A stretch of 64,000 nt of DNA from Candidatus Latescibacterota bacterium (GTDB lineage: Bacteria > Latescibacterota > UBA2968 > UBA8231), in NCBI GenBank assembly GCA_965248265.1, contig CBDFJF010000001.1:1152001-1216000 (forward strand), given 5' to 3'. This document shows, piece after piece, positions 18,586-27,612 of the stretch. Every line of letters begins with the position of its first letter. Position 1 is the stretch's first letter. Under the pieces are notes generated by a model. That model made no database searches. It was not told where the DNA came from and was given only the letters and a program-made list of their open reading frames with translations. A program made the position numbers and the translations under genes.

Positions 18586-19694
18586 CGGAGCTGACCCACC
18601 TCGACCTCAACGCCCTGCCGCGTGATGCCGACAGCTTCCTCATGCGCGTCATCACCCTGGGCATTCGTTTCAACCGTCTGCCGGAGCATTTCGGCGACTC
18701 CTTCATGGCCTATCTGAAAGCGAAAAGCCTGGAGCACGCACATCGACGGCGCACGGGCATTGCCCTGGGCAAGGAGAGCCTTCGCACGGGCATAGAACAG
18801 GTCTTCGCCTGCATCGATATCGCTCTTGAGCAGTCTACTGAAAGTAATGTGGAGCAGGCCCTCACCCTCGTCGCCTCCGGAGATTTCACCTCACTCCACA
18901 AGCAAGGTTACGAGATCGGCTATTACCGCCTGCAACGGATGCGAAACGAATCCAGGCAGTATGATAGCGCTTGGGTGCTGGACCTATTCCCCGAATTCAG
19001 AGCGAAACTCGATCGATGGCGGCAAATCGTACCCGAAGTCTGGTCCTTCGACCCGCGGACAGATTATCGGACCTTCGAGGAAACCCTGGGCAAGATTCAG
19101 TTTGTTCAAGCATTGCCACGAACGACACTGCGCTCTGCCCAGGTATCCTCAGTGGATTCGTTCGAGATGCTGCTGACCCATCTCGTGGCTGCCGGAGCTG
19201 TGCGAGTCGACACCCTTCACCTCGGCCATGCCGCCATCACCCGCCTCGGTGACTGCTTCACCGACGGGAACATGCGCCGGGGGATCCGGCGTCGTGTGGT
19301 GCGGGAGATCGACGACCACACCACCAACACCGTCGAATCGACGCACGTCCAGTCAGTGATATCAGATGAGGTGGCGGCCGCCATCCACCGCCTCGAACAA
19401 GCCTCAGCTGATGCTCAGTCGCTCCTGCTCGAGATCAACGTAAACCTCGTCGCTGACATGGTGCAGGAGCGAGCTGCGGCGCGCACTGACATAGACAACC
19501 CGACCCGCGAAGTGAGGAAAACCATGAAGCCTATCATCAGAGAAGATTTGGAGCGCGTCGCGCGCCTTTACAGGAGCAACAAAGAGGCGAGCCGCGCCCT
19601 CGGTATCCATCCAGGTTCATTCTCCCGCTTGTGCCGTCAACACGGAATCCTTACGCCCTACATGCGGAGACAGCGACGCAATCGCTCGCTCTGA
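18582..19694 (+). CDS. Hypothetical protein (DUF6178/6179-like segment) with C-terminal Fis-like HTH
   Basis: AGGAG RBS and ATGA coupling; IDIALEQ...NVEQALTLV...LHKQGY segment; C-terminal SNKEASRALGIHPGSFSRLCRQHGI HTH. Confidence 0.7.
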   Translation: MTELTHLDLNALPRDADSFLMRVITLGIRFNRLPEHFGDSFMAYLKAKSLEHAHRRRTGIALGKESLRTGIEQVFACIDIALEQSTESNVEQALTLVASGDFTSLHKQGYEIGYYRLQRMRNESRQYDSAWVLDLFPEFRAKLDRWRQIVPEVWSFDPRTDYRTFEETLGKIQFVQALPRTTLRSAQVSSVDSFEMLLTHLVAAGAVRVDTLHLGHAAITRLGDCFTDGNMRRGIRRRVVREIDDHTTNTVESTHVQSVISDEVAAAIHRLEQASADAQSLLLEINVNLVADMVQERAAARTDIDNPTREVRKTMKPIIREDLERVARLYRSNKEASRALGIHPGSFSRLCRQHGILTPYMRRQRRNRSL

Positions 19695-19843
19695 AATGGG
19701 CCGGAAACCACGAGGGGCTTCGCGAGTCACAGAGGTCCGTGTGCTGTCTCCCCGACATCCAGTCCGAGGTCGTGATATTGCCTGCTACCGATTATCTCGT
19801 TCCTGTTTCAGCAGTTGTTCGCCACCGCTGGTGCCATTTATCA

Positions 19844-21026
19844 ATGAATGTCGGCGTGGCTCTTCTCCTCAGCGTCCTGAACACGGCTGCCGCTGATCCG
19901 CCGGCAGAACCAGAGCATGAATTCACTTTCGTCGTGCTCGGTGACAGTCAGTTTCACCTCCCCAACAAGTTCAATCAGGTCATCGACGAGGTCGTCCACC
20001 TCTTCCCAGCCTTCGTCATCCAGGTTGGTGACATGATCAAGGGTTACACCAGCGACCTCGACGTCTTCCGTGCCGAGTGGGTCCGCTTCCAGGCCCAGAT
20101 CGCCCCAGATCTCCCGGTATCCCCTTCATGCCGGTGCCGGGCAACCACGATCTACTCGACGCCGATCGCAAGCCGGGTGGCGAAGGGGTGTACCGGGAGA
20201 TCTGGGGCGATACCCACTACTCGTGGGATTACGGCAACGCTCACTTCATCGTCCTCAATACTGACGACGGCAAGGGGAGCGAAATTGTCGGTGAACAGTT
20301 GGCCTGGTTGAAGCAGGATCTGGCCACGGTGACCGGCGCGGAGCACATCTTCGTCTTCATGCACAGAGGCCCATCTACACGTTGGGCAATGAAGAGGAGC
20401 TGCACCAGATCTTCGTCGACCACGATGTCAGTGCCGTCATCTGTGGCCACATGCACCACTACAACTTCCAGGAACGGGACGGCATCCCCTACATCATGAC
20501 GGTCAGCGCCACCCATATGGGCACACCCTTCCCCATGGCAGCCGGCAGCTTTCACCACATGCTGCTCATCACCGTCCGCGACAGCGCCTTTCGCGTCGCC
20601 GTTATTGAAACCGGCCACATTTTCCCGACCGCCATCGTCGCCTTCGAGGACAATCAGGGTCTCTATCAACTGCAACGAGGATTTTACTCGCAGGGTAAGA
20701 TGGCCTTCGGGGGTCTGGAAAGAGATGACGATCGCTACGAAGTCACCCTGCGCGTGAACAATCCCTCGGAGCAGGAACTCACAACCTATTTCGAGTGGCA
20801 ACTCCCCAACGAACGCTGGTCCGTGGAACCGCTCAGGGGCCGGCGAGTGGTGCTGCCTCCCAAGTCTTGGGATGTACCCGTTCCGTTCACCCTGGTCCGG
20901 GAATACTCCCATCCACCTGAAGCTTACCCCAGTTGCATCGCACGAGCGCTATACCTCACCACGGATGGCGATGTGGTTCAGTCCGAACACACCTTCGAGA
21001 TCGTGGCTGAGCTGGATCCTCAGTAA
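19844..21026 (+). pseudogene. Secreted calcineurin-like metallophosphoesterase with two frameshifts
   Basis: GDSQ and GDMI in frame 1, GNHD and FMH in frame 2, GHMH in frame 3; shifts near 20110 and 20368. Confidence 0.75.
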
Positions 21027-21156
21027 TCCCTCCCGCGCTCTTGTCGTGTCCGTTTGGGCTTACCCTTGAGGTAACGCCTCTGTTTTCGATACACTATTCA
21101 CACACATCCCCACCCCACAGACCACTAGGGTTTAATCATGTAGGAGACAAGGTCAA

Positions 21157-21921
21157 ATGGCATCGAAAGGTAGAGTTGCAGGCAAAGTCGCCATCGTTAC
21201 CGGCGCCGCCTCCGGTATCGGCGAATCCACCGCCAAGGTACTGGCCGCCGAAGGCGCATCGGTGTGCGTCGCCGACGTGGATGTCGACAATGGTAAGAGG
21301 GTGGTGGCCGAAATCAGTGAGGCTGGCAACACAGCATGGTTTCTTCGTACCGACGTAACCAGCACCCCTTCGCTGCGCCGCATGGTCGAGCGTACAGAAT
21401 CCAAGTTTGGCCGCATAGACATCATCCACAACAATGCCATCTGGTTTCAGCATGGCTCGGCTGTCGAACTGGATGAAAAGGATTGGGACAAGACCCTCAG
21501 TGCTGGACTCAAGGCCATCTTCATCGCAGCCAAGTATGGTATCCCGGTGATGATGAAAACGGGGGGCGGCGCCATCGTCAACTCCGCGTCCGTGCATTCG
21601 AAGGTCAGCTTCGCCACCTGCACAGCCTATGATTCGGCCAAAGCTGGTGTCCTCGGACTGACACGCACCCTTGCCATTGACTATGGACCCAAGATTCGTG
21701 TCAACTCTGTTCTCCCCGGAGCCATTCTCACACCACTGTGGGACAACCTGAAGGTCCCCGAAAAGGACCGTCGCGCCTTCGCCAAGATGGTACCGGCGAA
21801 AAAGCTCGGCACGGGTGATGACATCGCCTACGCGGTGCTGTACCTGGCATCGGACGAGGCCTCATACGTCACCGGAACCTCACTGGTCGTCGATGGAGGG
21901 CTGCTGGCTCGCTGTGACTGA
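21157..21921 (+). CDS. SDR family oxidoreductase
   Basis: TGAASGIG, NNA, YDSAK catalytic motif, VDGG. Confidence 0.93.
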   Translation: MASKGRVAGKVAIVTGAASGIGESTAKVLAAEGASVCVADVDVDNGKRVVAEISEAGNTAWFLRTDVTSTPSLRRMVERTESKFGRIDIIHNNAIWFQHGSAVELDEKDWDKTLSAGLKAIFIAAKYGIPVMMKTGGGAIVNSASVHSKVSFATCTAYDSAKAGVLGLTRTLAIDYGPKIRVNSVLPGAILTPLWDNLKVPEKDRRAFAKMVPAKKLGTGDDIAYAVLYLASDEASYVTGTSLVVDGGLLARCD

Positions 21922-22648
21922 AACCAAGTGGGTCGGGGTCCGACTGCTGGCGCTCTGTATCTTCGGTACCGCGACCGTCGGCCCGACTGCAGCGCAGACC
22001 GTCTTTGCCGGCATCAAGACTTCAGCGGGTGCGCTGTTCGTCTGGAACTGGCCGGACGGCGCCGCCACCGTCGAGGTTACCGGCGAGCGGATCGAGCAAC
22101 CGGGCAAGGAACTGATCGTCTGGGTCGACGACTTCATCGTGCAGTTTTCCACTGTAACATTGACAGAACTGTGCGAGGAGGTCACCTGCTCCGAAACAAC
22201 CCCGCTTCTCACCATCTTCACTGAATGGGAGCTGGCCCACTGGCGGAGTGCTCTCGGTGTCACCACCCTGGAAGAGGAAGCACAGCAACAGATAACATTG
22301 TCAGGAAGGGACTGGTTGCGATGGAGTTTGCTGATGCCGGAGTCTTCAGGCAACGTCAAGAAGCAGTTCTTTTTGTCTACTCTGGTGCGGGAGCATGTCG
22401 TCAACCTGGGAACACCATTCTGGCAGGCCGAGGAAGAGCCGTCCTGGCAATTCCTTACCAGCGTTGCCTCGACGATGGTTGATTTCGATGAGCCCCTCGA
22501 CCTGACAGCGTTGCAGGATTCCATTCGCGGATCCACTTCGGTGACAGCAGTCAGTTGGGGCCAAGTGAAGGCACGCTCCGACGAGCTGCTCTCTGCCTTC
22601 CCCCACCCGCGTTATTCGCCCGAGAGCAGGCTGTCGAGGAGGCCGTGA
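21914..22648 (+). CDS. Secreted hypothetical protein with WGQVK motif
   Basis: GTG start overlapping the SDR stop; signal peptide ending TAA; TSVTAVSWGQVK near the C-terminus. Confidence 0.65.
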   Translation: MTETKWVGVRLLALCIFGTATVGPTAAQTVFAGIKTSAGALFVWNWPDGAATVEVTGERIEQPGKELIVWVDDFIVQFSTVTLTELCEEVTCSETTPLLTIFTEWELAHWRSALGVTTLEEEAQQQITLSGRDWLRWSLLMPESSGNVKKQFFLSTLVREHVVNLGTPFWQAEEEPSWQFLTSVASTMVDFDEPLDLTALQDSIRGSTSVTAVSWGQVKARSDELLSAFPHPRYSPESRLSRRP

Positions 22649-24054
22649 GCCTGATCCAGGTTCACTCCGGCTCTCTTCGTCGCCCGCTCGATAGCCTTAC
22701 CAGTAGTCGGTGTGTGGCCTTTCTCCAGTCCCTTGCGCACATGGGCGACGATTTCTCGCACCAAGGTCACTCCCGACTCGGGAGCGATACCCGCACGTTG
22801 TGCGGCTGATACCACCGGTGGTTGTGCCCATCCTCCAGGAACCGACAGGTCGTTTTCGATTGCCGCCAGCATGTTCAGCATGAAAGCACGAGCGACTACA
22901 CGCTCGGAACGAGCGGCATGGGCCATATCGACGATGGCGTAGTCGGTCCGGCTGCTGATTCGTTTTCGGATCAATCGCAAGCCATCACTTTGCAGAAAGC
23001 GCAGGTACGCGTGCACCTGCTGATCCGTGAGCTCCGGTGCCCGCGGGATAGCCAGCAGCCACTCAGGTGGTCCAACCGGTCTTGTTGCCGCTACCGGTGC
23101 GGGTCTTGCCTTCCTTTCCCTCTGCCTTGCCTCCCACGCCCTTGCGCTCCGAGCGGCGGCTGAATCGTCCTCGGCTTTCCTCACTGCGGCAAGCGAATCA
23201 GCTTCTGCCTGCGCCCGCGCAGCCACGACCAGCCGCATCTGCTCCTCAGCCAGTACTGCTTCATGCCGCCGTCGTTCCTCCGCCAACGCTGCTGCGGCGG
23301 CAGCCTCGGCGACCTCATCCCTGGGCAAATCACCGGTCAGCCGGAAAGCACCCGTCCACCAGATCCATTTCTCCGCCTTCTGGGCGATCTTGTCCTCAAT
23401 CGAGACATTGGGAAGATCCGAATCGACCAGCAGAACCCTGGCCTTGATCACCGCGCCGGTGCGGGGAGCGATTTCGAGCCAGGACCATGGCAGCGCCACC
23501 TCGAAGGTGTAGATGCCGCCTACCAGCTCACTCGCCAAGGTGACTGGCAGCTGCTCGTCAGCCGGAGAACGCTGACGATGACCCCAGGCGTAGGGTGCGC
23601 CATCGGCCTGTTCTGGAGTAATCCAGATATTGTAGCCGAGATTGGAACTGGGGTCTTTAATGAAAATTTTTAGATGGTCGTAGTAGAACATCCGGTCTTT
23701 CCGCGTCCCGTCGGGTCCGGTCCAGACCTGGTTGTCGGGGCGAATCCTGGCGATATCGACGGCATCATCGGTGACAGCGACAGCCAGGTACAAAAACTCG
23801 GCATCCCACAAGGCGTAGGCGTCAGCCTCGTGATCGTCTGTGCCGGCGAAGGCTCCACGCAGGCCGATGTCCTCACCACCGGGCTTGAGAGCGGTTGGCA
23901 GCACCCCGCCCCACTCGTTCAGATAGCCATCGATCTCTATCGGCCACTCCACGACCTGGAGGTCGACGGCAGCCAATCGCAAAGGTATTACCAGCCACAA
24001 GGTGGGTACGACACCTGCGATTCCCCGCATGCTCACTCTCATGTTCACTCTCAT
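22612..24054 (-). CDS. Secreted protein with CBM9/DOMON-like sugar-binding domain, Ala/Glu-rich coiled linker and helical C-terminal domain
   Basis: IEIDGYLNEW, WDAEFLYLAVAVTDD, YTFEVALPWSWL; start overlaps the lysS stop. Confidence 0.7.
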   Translation of the reverse strand: MRVNMRVSMRGIAGVVPTLWLVIPLRLAAVDLQVVEWPIEIDGYLNEWGGVLPTALKPGGEDIGLRGAFAGTDDHEADAYALWDAEFLYLAVAVTDDAVDIARIRPDNQVWTGPDGTRKDRMFYYDHLKIFIKDPSSNLGYNIWITPEQADGAPYAWGHRQRSPADEQLPVTLASELVGGIYTFEVALPWSWLEIAPRTGAVIKARVLLVDSDLPNVSIEDKIAQKAEKWIWWTGAFRLTGDLPRDEVAEAAAAAALAEERRRHEAVLAEEQMRLVVAARAQAEADSLAAVRKAEDDSAAARSARAWEARQRERKARPAPVAATRPVGPPEWLLAIPRAPELTDQQVHAYLRFLQSDGLRLIRKRISSRTDYAIVDMAHAARSERVVARAFMLNMLAAIENDLSVPGGWAQPPVVSAAQRAGIAPESGVTLVREIVAHVRKGLEKGHTPTTGKAIERATKRAGVNLDQAHGLLDSLLSGE

Positions 24055-25547
24055 GGATCTCTGTCACGCAGTAACGGAAAAAGGATCACGTCGCGAATGC
24101 TCGTCCGGTTAGTCATGATCATCGTCAATCGGTCGATGCCCATTCCCAATCCCGCCGTCGGGGGCATCCCGATCTCGAGAGCCTGAAGATAGTCCTCGTC
24201 CAGAGGCATCGCCTCGTCATCTCCAGCAGCACGCCAACGTGCCTGCTCCTCTAACCGCAATCGCTGATCCACCGGATCGTTCAACTCACTGAAGGCGTTG
24301 GCGATTTCCATTCCGCCCGCGAAGGCCTCGAAGCGCTCGGCCAATCGAGCGTCGCAGCGATGCTTACGCGCCAGCGGGCACAACTCGATCGGGTAGTCTG
24401 TGACAAGAGTCGGGCGCTCGAAGGTCGGTTCGACCAACTCGCTGAAAATGACATCGATGAATTTAGCCCAAGGAGCCTCATCGGGCAGCTCGATTCCCCT
24501 ATTCTCAGCCAATGCGCGTACGTCACTGATGCCTGATCCGAGCAGATCAATCCCGCACTCCCGCTCCAGCGCCGCGAAAAAACTGACGCGCGGCCAGGGT
24601 GGCGTGAAATCGATGATGCCATGACCGAACGGTACCGAATACGAACTGTGCAGTTGGAGGGCGATGTCGGCGACCATGTCCTCTACCAGATTCATGTGGA
24701 AGGTATAGTCTTCGAACGCAGCGTAACATTCCATCATCGTGAATTCGGGATTGTGTGTCCGATCCACTCCCTCGTTACGAAAGTCCTTGGCGATCTCGTA
24801 GACCCTGCCCAGCCCACCGACGATTAACCTCTTCAAATAGAGTTCATCGGCAATTCTCAGGTACAGCTTCTTCTTGAGCTGGTTGTGATAGGTCTCGAAG
24901 GGGGCAGCGCTCCCGCCTCCATAGAGCGGTTGCAGTACGGGTGTTTCGGCCTCCATGAATCCGGCGGTGTCGAGATATTGCCTCATCGTTGTGATGATCC
25001 GCGCGCGGTTCCTGAACACGGCGCGTTCATCGGGATTGACCACCAGATCGAGCGCCCGGTTGCGGTAGCGTGCGTCGGGATCAGAATATGCATCGTGGCG
25101 CTCGCCTGTCTCATGCTCTTCTTTGACCACCGGCAGCGGCCTGATGCATTTCGACAGTAACGTCCAGTCCGTTACACAAAGGGTACGCTCCCCCGTCCGG
25201 GTCACCATCAGCGAACCGTTCACTCCGATCCAGTCACCCAGATCGGTCCCGTTCCTGAACAACGAATACGCCGTGCCCTCTTCGTGGTCCACTTCATCAC
25301 GCTGAACGTAGATCTGCATACGCGCGGTGTCATCATGAACGTGTGCGAAACAGACCTTGCCCATGACCCGCTTTGCGACCAGCCTGCCTGCGATCGCCAC
25401 CGCAGACCGCTGCTCGAGTAGCACATCAAAGTTTTTCGTCAGTTCTGCCACCGTATGCGAGCGCTCGAAAGCGTATGGGTAAGGTTCATACCCTGCCTCC
25501 CTGAAATGCTCAAGCTTACCAAGTCGTGAGTGGATGAGATCGTCCAT
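24051..25547 (-). CDS. lysS: Lysine--tRNA ligase (class II)
   Basis: OB fold, ETPVLQ, LYLRIADELYLKRL, FRNEG, GMPPTAGLGMGIDRL; start at ATG 25547 after AGGAAAGG. Confidence 0.97.
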   Translation of the reverse strand: MDDLIHSRLGKLEHFREAGYEPYPYAFERSHTVAELTKNFDVLLEQRSAVAIAGRLVAKRVMGKVCFAHVHDDTARMQIYVQRDEVDHEEGTAYSLFRNGTDLGDWIGVNGSLMVTRTGERTLCVTDWTLLSKCIRPLPVVKEEHETGERHDAYSDPDARYRNRALDLVVNPDERAVFRNRARIITTMRQYLDTAGFMEAETPVLQPLYGGGSAAPFETYHNQLKKKLYLRIADELYLKRLIVGGLGRVYEIAKDFRNEGVDRTHNPEFTMMECYAAFEDYTFHMNLVEDMVADIALQLHSSYSVPFGHGIIDFTPPWPRVSFFAALERECGIDLLGSGISDVRALAENRGIELPDEAPWAKFIDVIFSELVEPTFERPTLVTDYPIELCPLARKHRCDARLAERFEAFAGGMEIANAFSELNDPVDQRLRLEEQARWRAAGDDEAMPLDEDYLQALEIGMPPTAGLGMGIDRLTMIMTNRTSIRDVILFPLLRDRDP

Positions 25548-25585
25548 CGATCGCCTTTCCTGCGATGAGTAGCTGATGCCTACGA

Positions 25586-25737
25586 AAAAGCCCCCTGTCA
25601 CTGTTAGGTGGCAGCGGGCTGGGTCAGTACCTGATTTGGACATCTACTTACAAAGGCACACACCTGCCCCACTGGAACACGGGCTTCCATTTGGCCGCCG
25701 GCTTCTGACTGGCTATGACCCTGAGAGTGCAGGGATT
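25586..25737. ncRNA. Candidate structured non-coding RNA (6S-like or leader element; class and strand unresolved)
   Basis: Closing helix CCCTG(T)CACT / AGTGCAGGG, inner helix GGGTCA / TGACCC, hairpin TGGAA-N7-TTCCA; U-run at the minus-strand end. Confidence 0.35.
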
Positions 25738-25828
25738 GAGTTGATTCGACACCTTCTGCATCACCGAAAGGTGACCGCCCGACTGCGCTAAAGTCAAGAC
25801 CGAACTGTCCAAACACTGCCGTCACACG

Positions 25829-25857
25829 TTGACGGCCGCTCAGAGCCGGCACATAAT
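25829..25857 (+). promoter_or_regulatory. sigma70 promoter of IMP cyclohydrolase gene
   Basis: TTGACG-N17-CATAAT. Confidence 0.55.
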
Positions 25858-25878
25858 AGATTGGAAAGGATTCCCACG

Positions 25879-26601
25879 ATGTCATCCACGCAGACTGCCA
25901 CCGAAAACTTCGAACGCCACCTCTCCGGCAATTCCTATCCAGGCCGGGGTATCGTCCTCGGACGCAGTACCGTGAATACCTGGATCCAGATCTACTGGAT
26001 CATGGGGCGCAGCGACCGCAGCCGCAATCGGGTCCTTGTCGAGGAGGATGGCACCCTGCGGACGGAGGCGGCGGATCCGGAAAAAATGGATGATCCCAGC
26101 CTGGTCATCTACACCGCCATGCATCGCGTGAAAGATCAATACATCGTCACTAATGGCGCCCAGACCGATGCCCTGTTCGCCTGCCTATTGCAGGAGGGCG
26201 AGTTCGTCGACTCCCTGTTACCCTGGTCGCATGAGCCTGACGCTCCCAACTTCACTCCCCGCATCTCGGGTTGTACCGATCACTCCCAGCAGAGCGTCTG
26301 GCTCTCCATCATCAAGGCGAATTCGTCCGACGGTCGCTCCTCGGAGCATCAGTTTTTCCACTACTCGGATATCCCCGAGGGCTTCGGTTATGCGATCACC
26401 ACTTATCAAGGTGACGGCAAGCCGGTTCCACCGTTCGAAGGCACTCCCCTGTTGATGCCACTGCAGGGCGACAGCGAAGAAATCGCACATACCTACTGGA
26501 ATGCGCTGGACCGCGACAACCGTATCGGCCTCGCCGTGCGCACGATCGAGGTTGATGGCTCAGCAACCATAGATGTGACCAACAAATTGCAGCGGCAATA
26601 G
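25879..26601 (+). CDS. IMP cyclohydrolase-like protein (PurO-like family)
   Basis: YPGRGIVLG, YWIMGRSDRSRNR, IVTNGAQTD, EPDAPNFTPRISG. Confidence 0.88.
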   Translation: MSSTQTATENFERHLSGNSYPGRGIVLGRSTVNTWIQIYWIMGRSDRSRNRVLVEEDGTLRTEAADPEKMDDPSLVIYTAMHRVKDQYIVTNGAQTDALFACLLQEGEFVDSLLPWSHEPDAPNFTPRISGCTDHSQQSVWLSIIKANSSDGRSSEHQFFHYSDIPEGFGYAITTYQGDGKPVPPFEGTPLLMPLQGDSEEIAHTYWNALDRDNRIGLAVRTIEVDGSATIDVTNKLQRQ

Positions 26602-26675
26602 CCTCCAACATTTTTTTGCCGCGGCGCTGCGGCCTTTGTTGATTGTAGCGAGAACCCGACAAAGCCGAGCGCGAT

Positions 26676-27584
26676 ATGAATCACTTCTCAAGGGCGGTAT
26701 ACGCCTTGCTGCTTCTCCTGGCACCAAGGCCTTGTGCGGCCTGCTCGTGTGAGGGGCCACCGGGCGCTCCTATGGAGGAGTTGGCATCCCACGACGCAGT
26801 GCTGGCCGGCCGCGTCGTCGAGATCGTAGAACCCGCGGACTTTACGGCGCAGGAATCACTGCTGGTCACTTTCGCTGTATCGTCCGTTTGGAAGGGCGAC
26901 GTTCAGCAGATTACTACGGTCTCTACGGCTCCGAACGGAGCGCAGTGTGGTTACCCCTTTGAGCTGGGCGATCAGTATCTGGTATACGGATACTCGTCGG
27001 TAGATGGTCTACATGCTGGCCTGTGCAGCCTCCGGACAAACATTCTGTCAGCAGCGACTGAGGACACTCAACAACTAGGCGACCCCATCGCCACCTGGCC
27101 AGTTGATGATTCCGATGACTGCTGCACCGTTCCAGAGATTCTCGGAAGGTGGCAAACAGCCTCGAAGGAGGAGTACATCGAGTGGCATATGGTCGAATTC
27201 AGAGCAGACGGGGTCTGCGTGGCCAACATGATCCTGCCGGATGACATCGTCGTGGCGGAGTTCACCTATGCCAGGGAGCGCACCCTGCAGTTCGAGGATG
27301 GGAATCGGGACAAGATCGTCTTCGAGACTGTTCGTTCCGCATACGTGAAACAGGGTGATAAGTGGGTGCCCTCACAGATGGCATCCTGGCGGGAGTTCTA
27401 CTTCGCCCATGGCCGCGATGGTGATTTGACTGCTTATCCGTACGAGCAGGATTGGAACCTTCGAGGCGCCCACTACACGCGGACCAGCAATCCCATCTAC
27501 ACGATCACCCCGGATGGCAGCGTGACATCGATCAGCGCCACGACCTGGGGTGATCTCAAGAGCGCGCCCGAATCGAACCCCTGA
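26676..27584 (+). CDS. Secreted protein with TIMP/NTR-like N-terminal domain and C-terminal WGDLK motif
   Basis: Signal peptide then CSC; DAVLAGRVV, VWKG, CGYPFELGDQYLVYG, GLCS. Confidence 0.7.
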   Translation: MNHFSRAVYALLLLLAPRPCAACSCEGPPGAPMEELASHDAVLAGRVVEIVEPADFTAQESLLVTFAVSSVWKGDVQQITTVSTAPNGAQCGYPFELGDQYLVYGYSSVDGLHAGLCSLRTNILSAATEDTQQLGDPIATWPVDDSDDCCTVPEILGRWQTASKEEYIEWHMVEFRADGVCVANMILPDDIVVAEFTYARERTLQFEDGNRDKIVFETVRSAYVKQGDKWVPSQMASWREFYFAHGRDGDLTAYPYEQDWNLRGAHYTRTSNPIYTITPDGSVTSISATTWGDLKSAPESNP

Positions 27585-27612
27585 TCGACGCGAATCGCTG
27601 CCCGGCCTTCCA

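Noticed and set aside
25586-25860. Lysine riboswitch, T-box, ZTP or glycine riboswitch
   Set aside because: Key conserved motifs are absent or out of order; only an isolated ACTCTCAGG resembles the glycine aptamer
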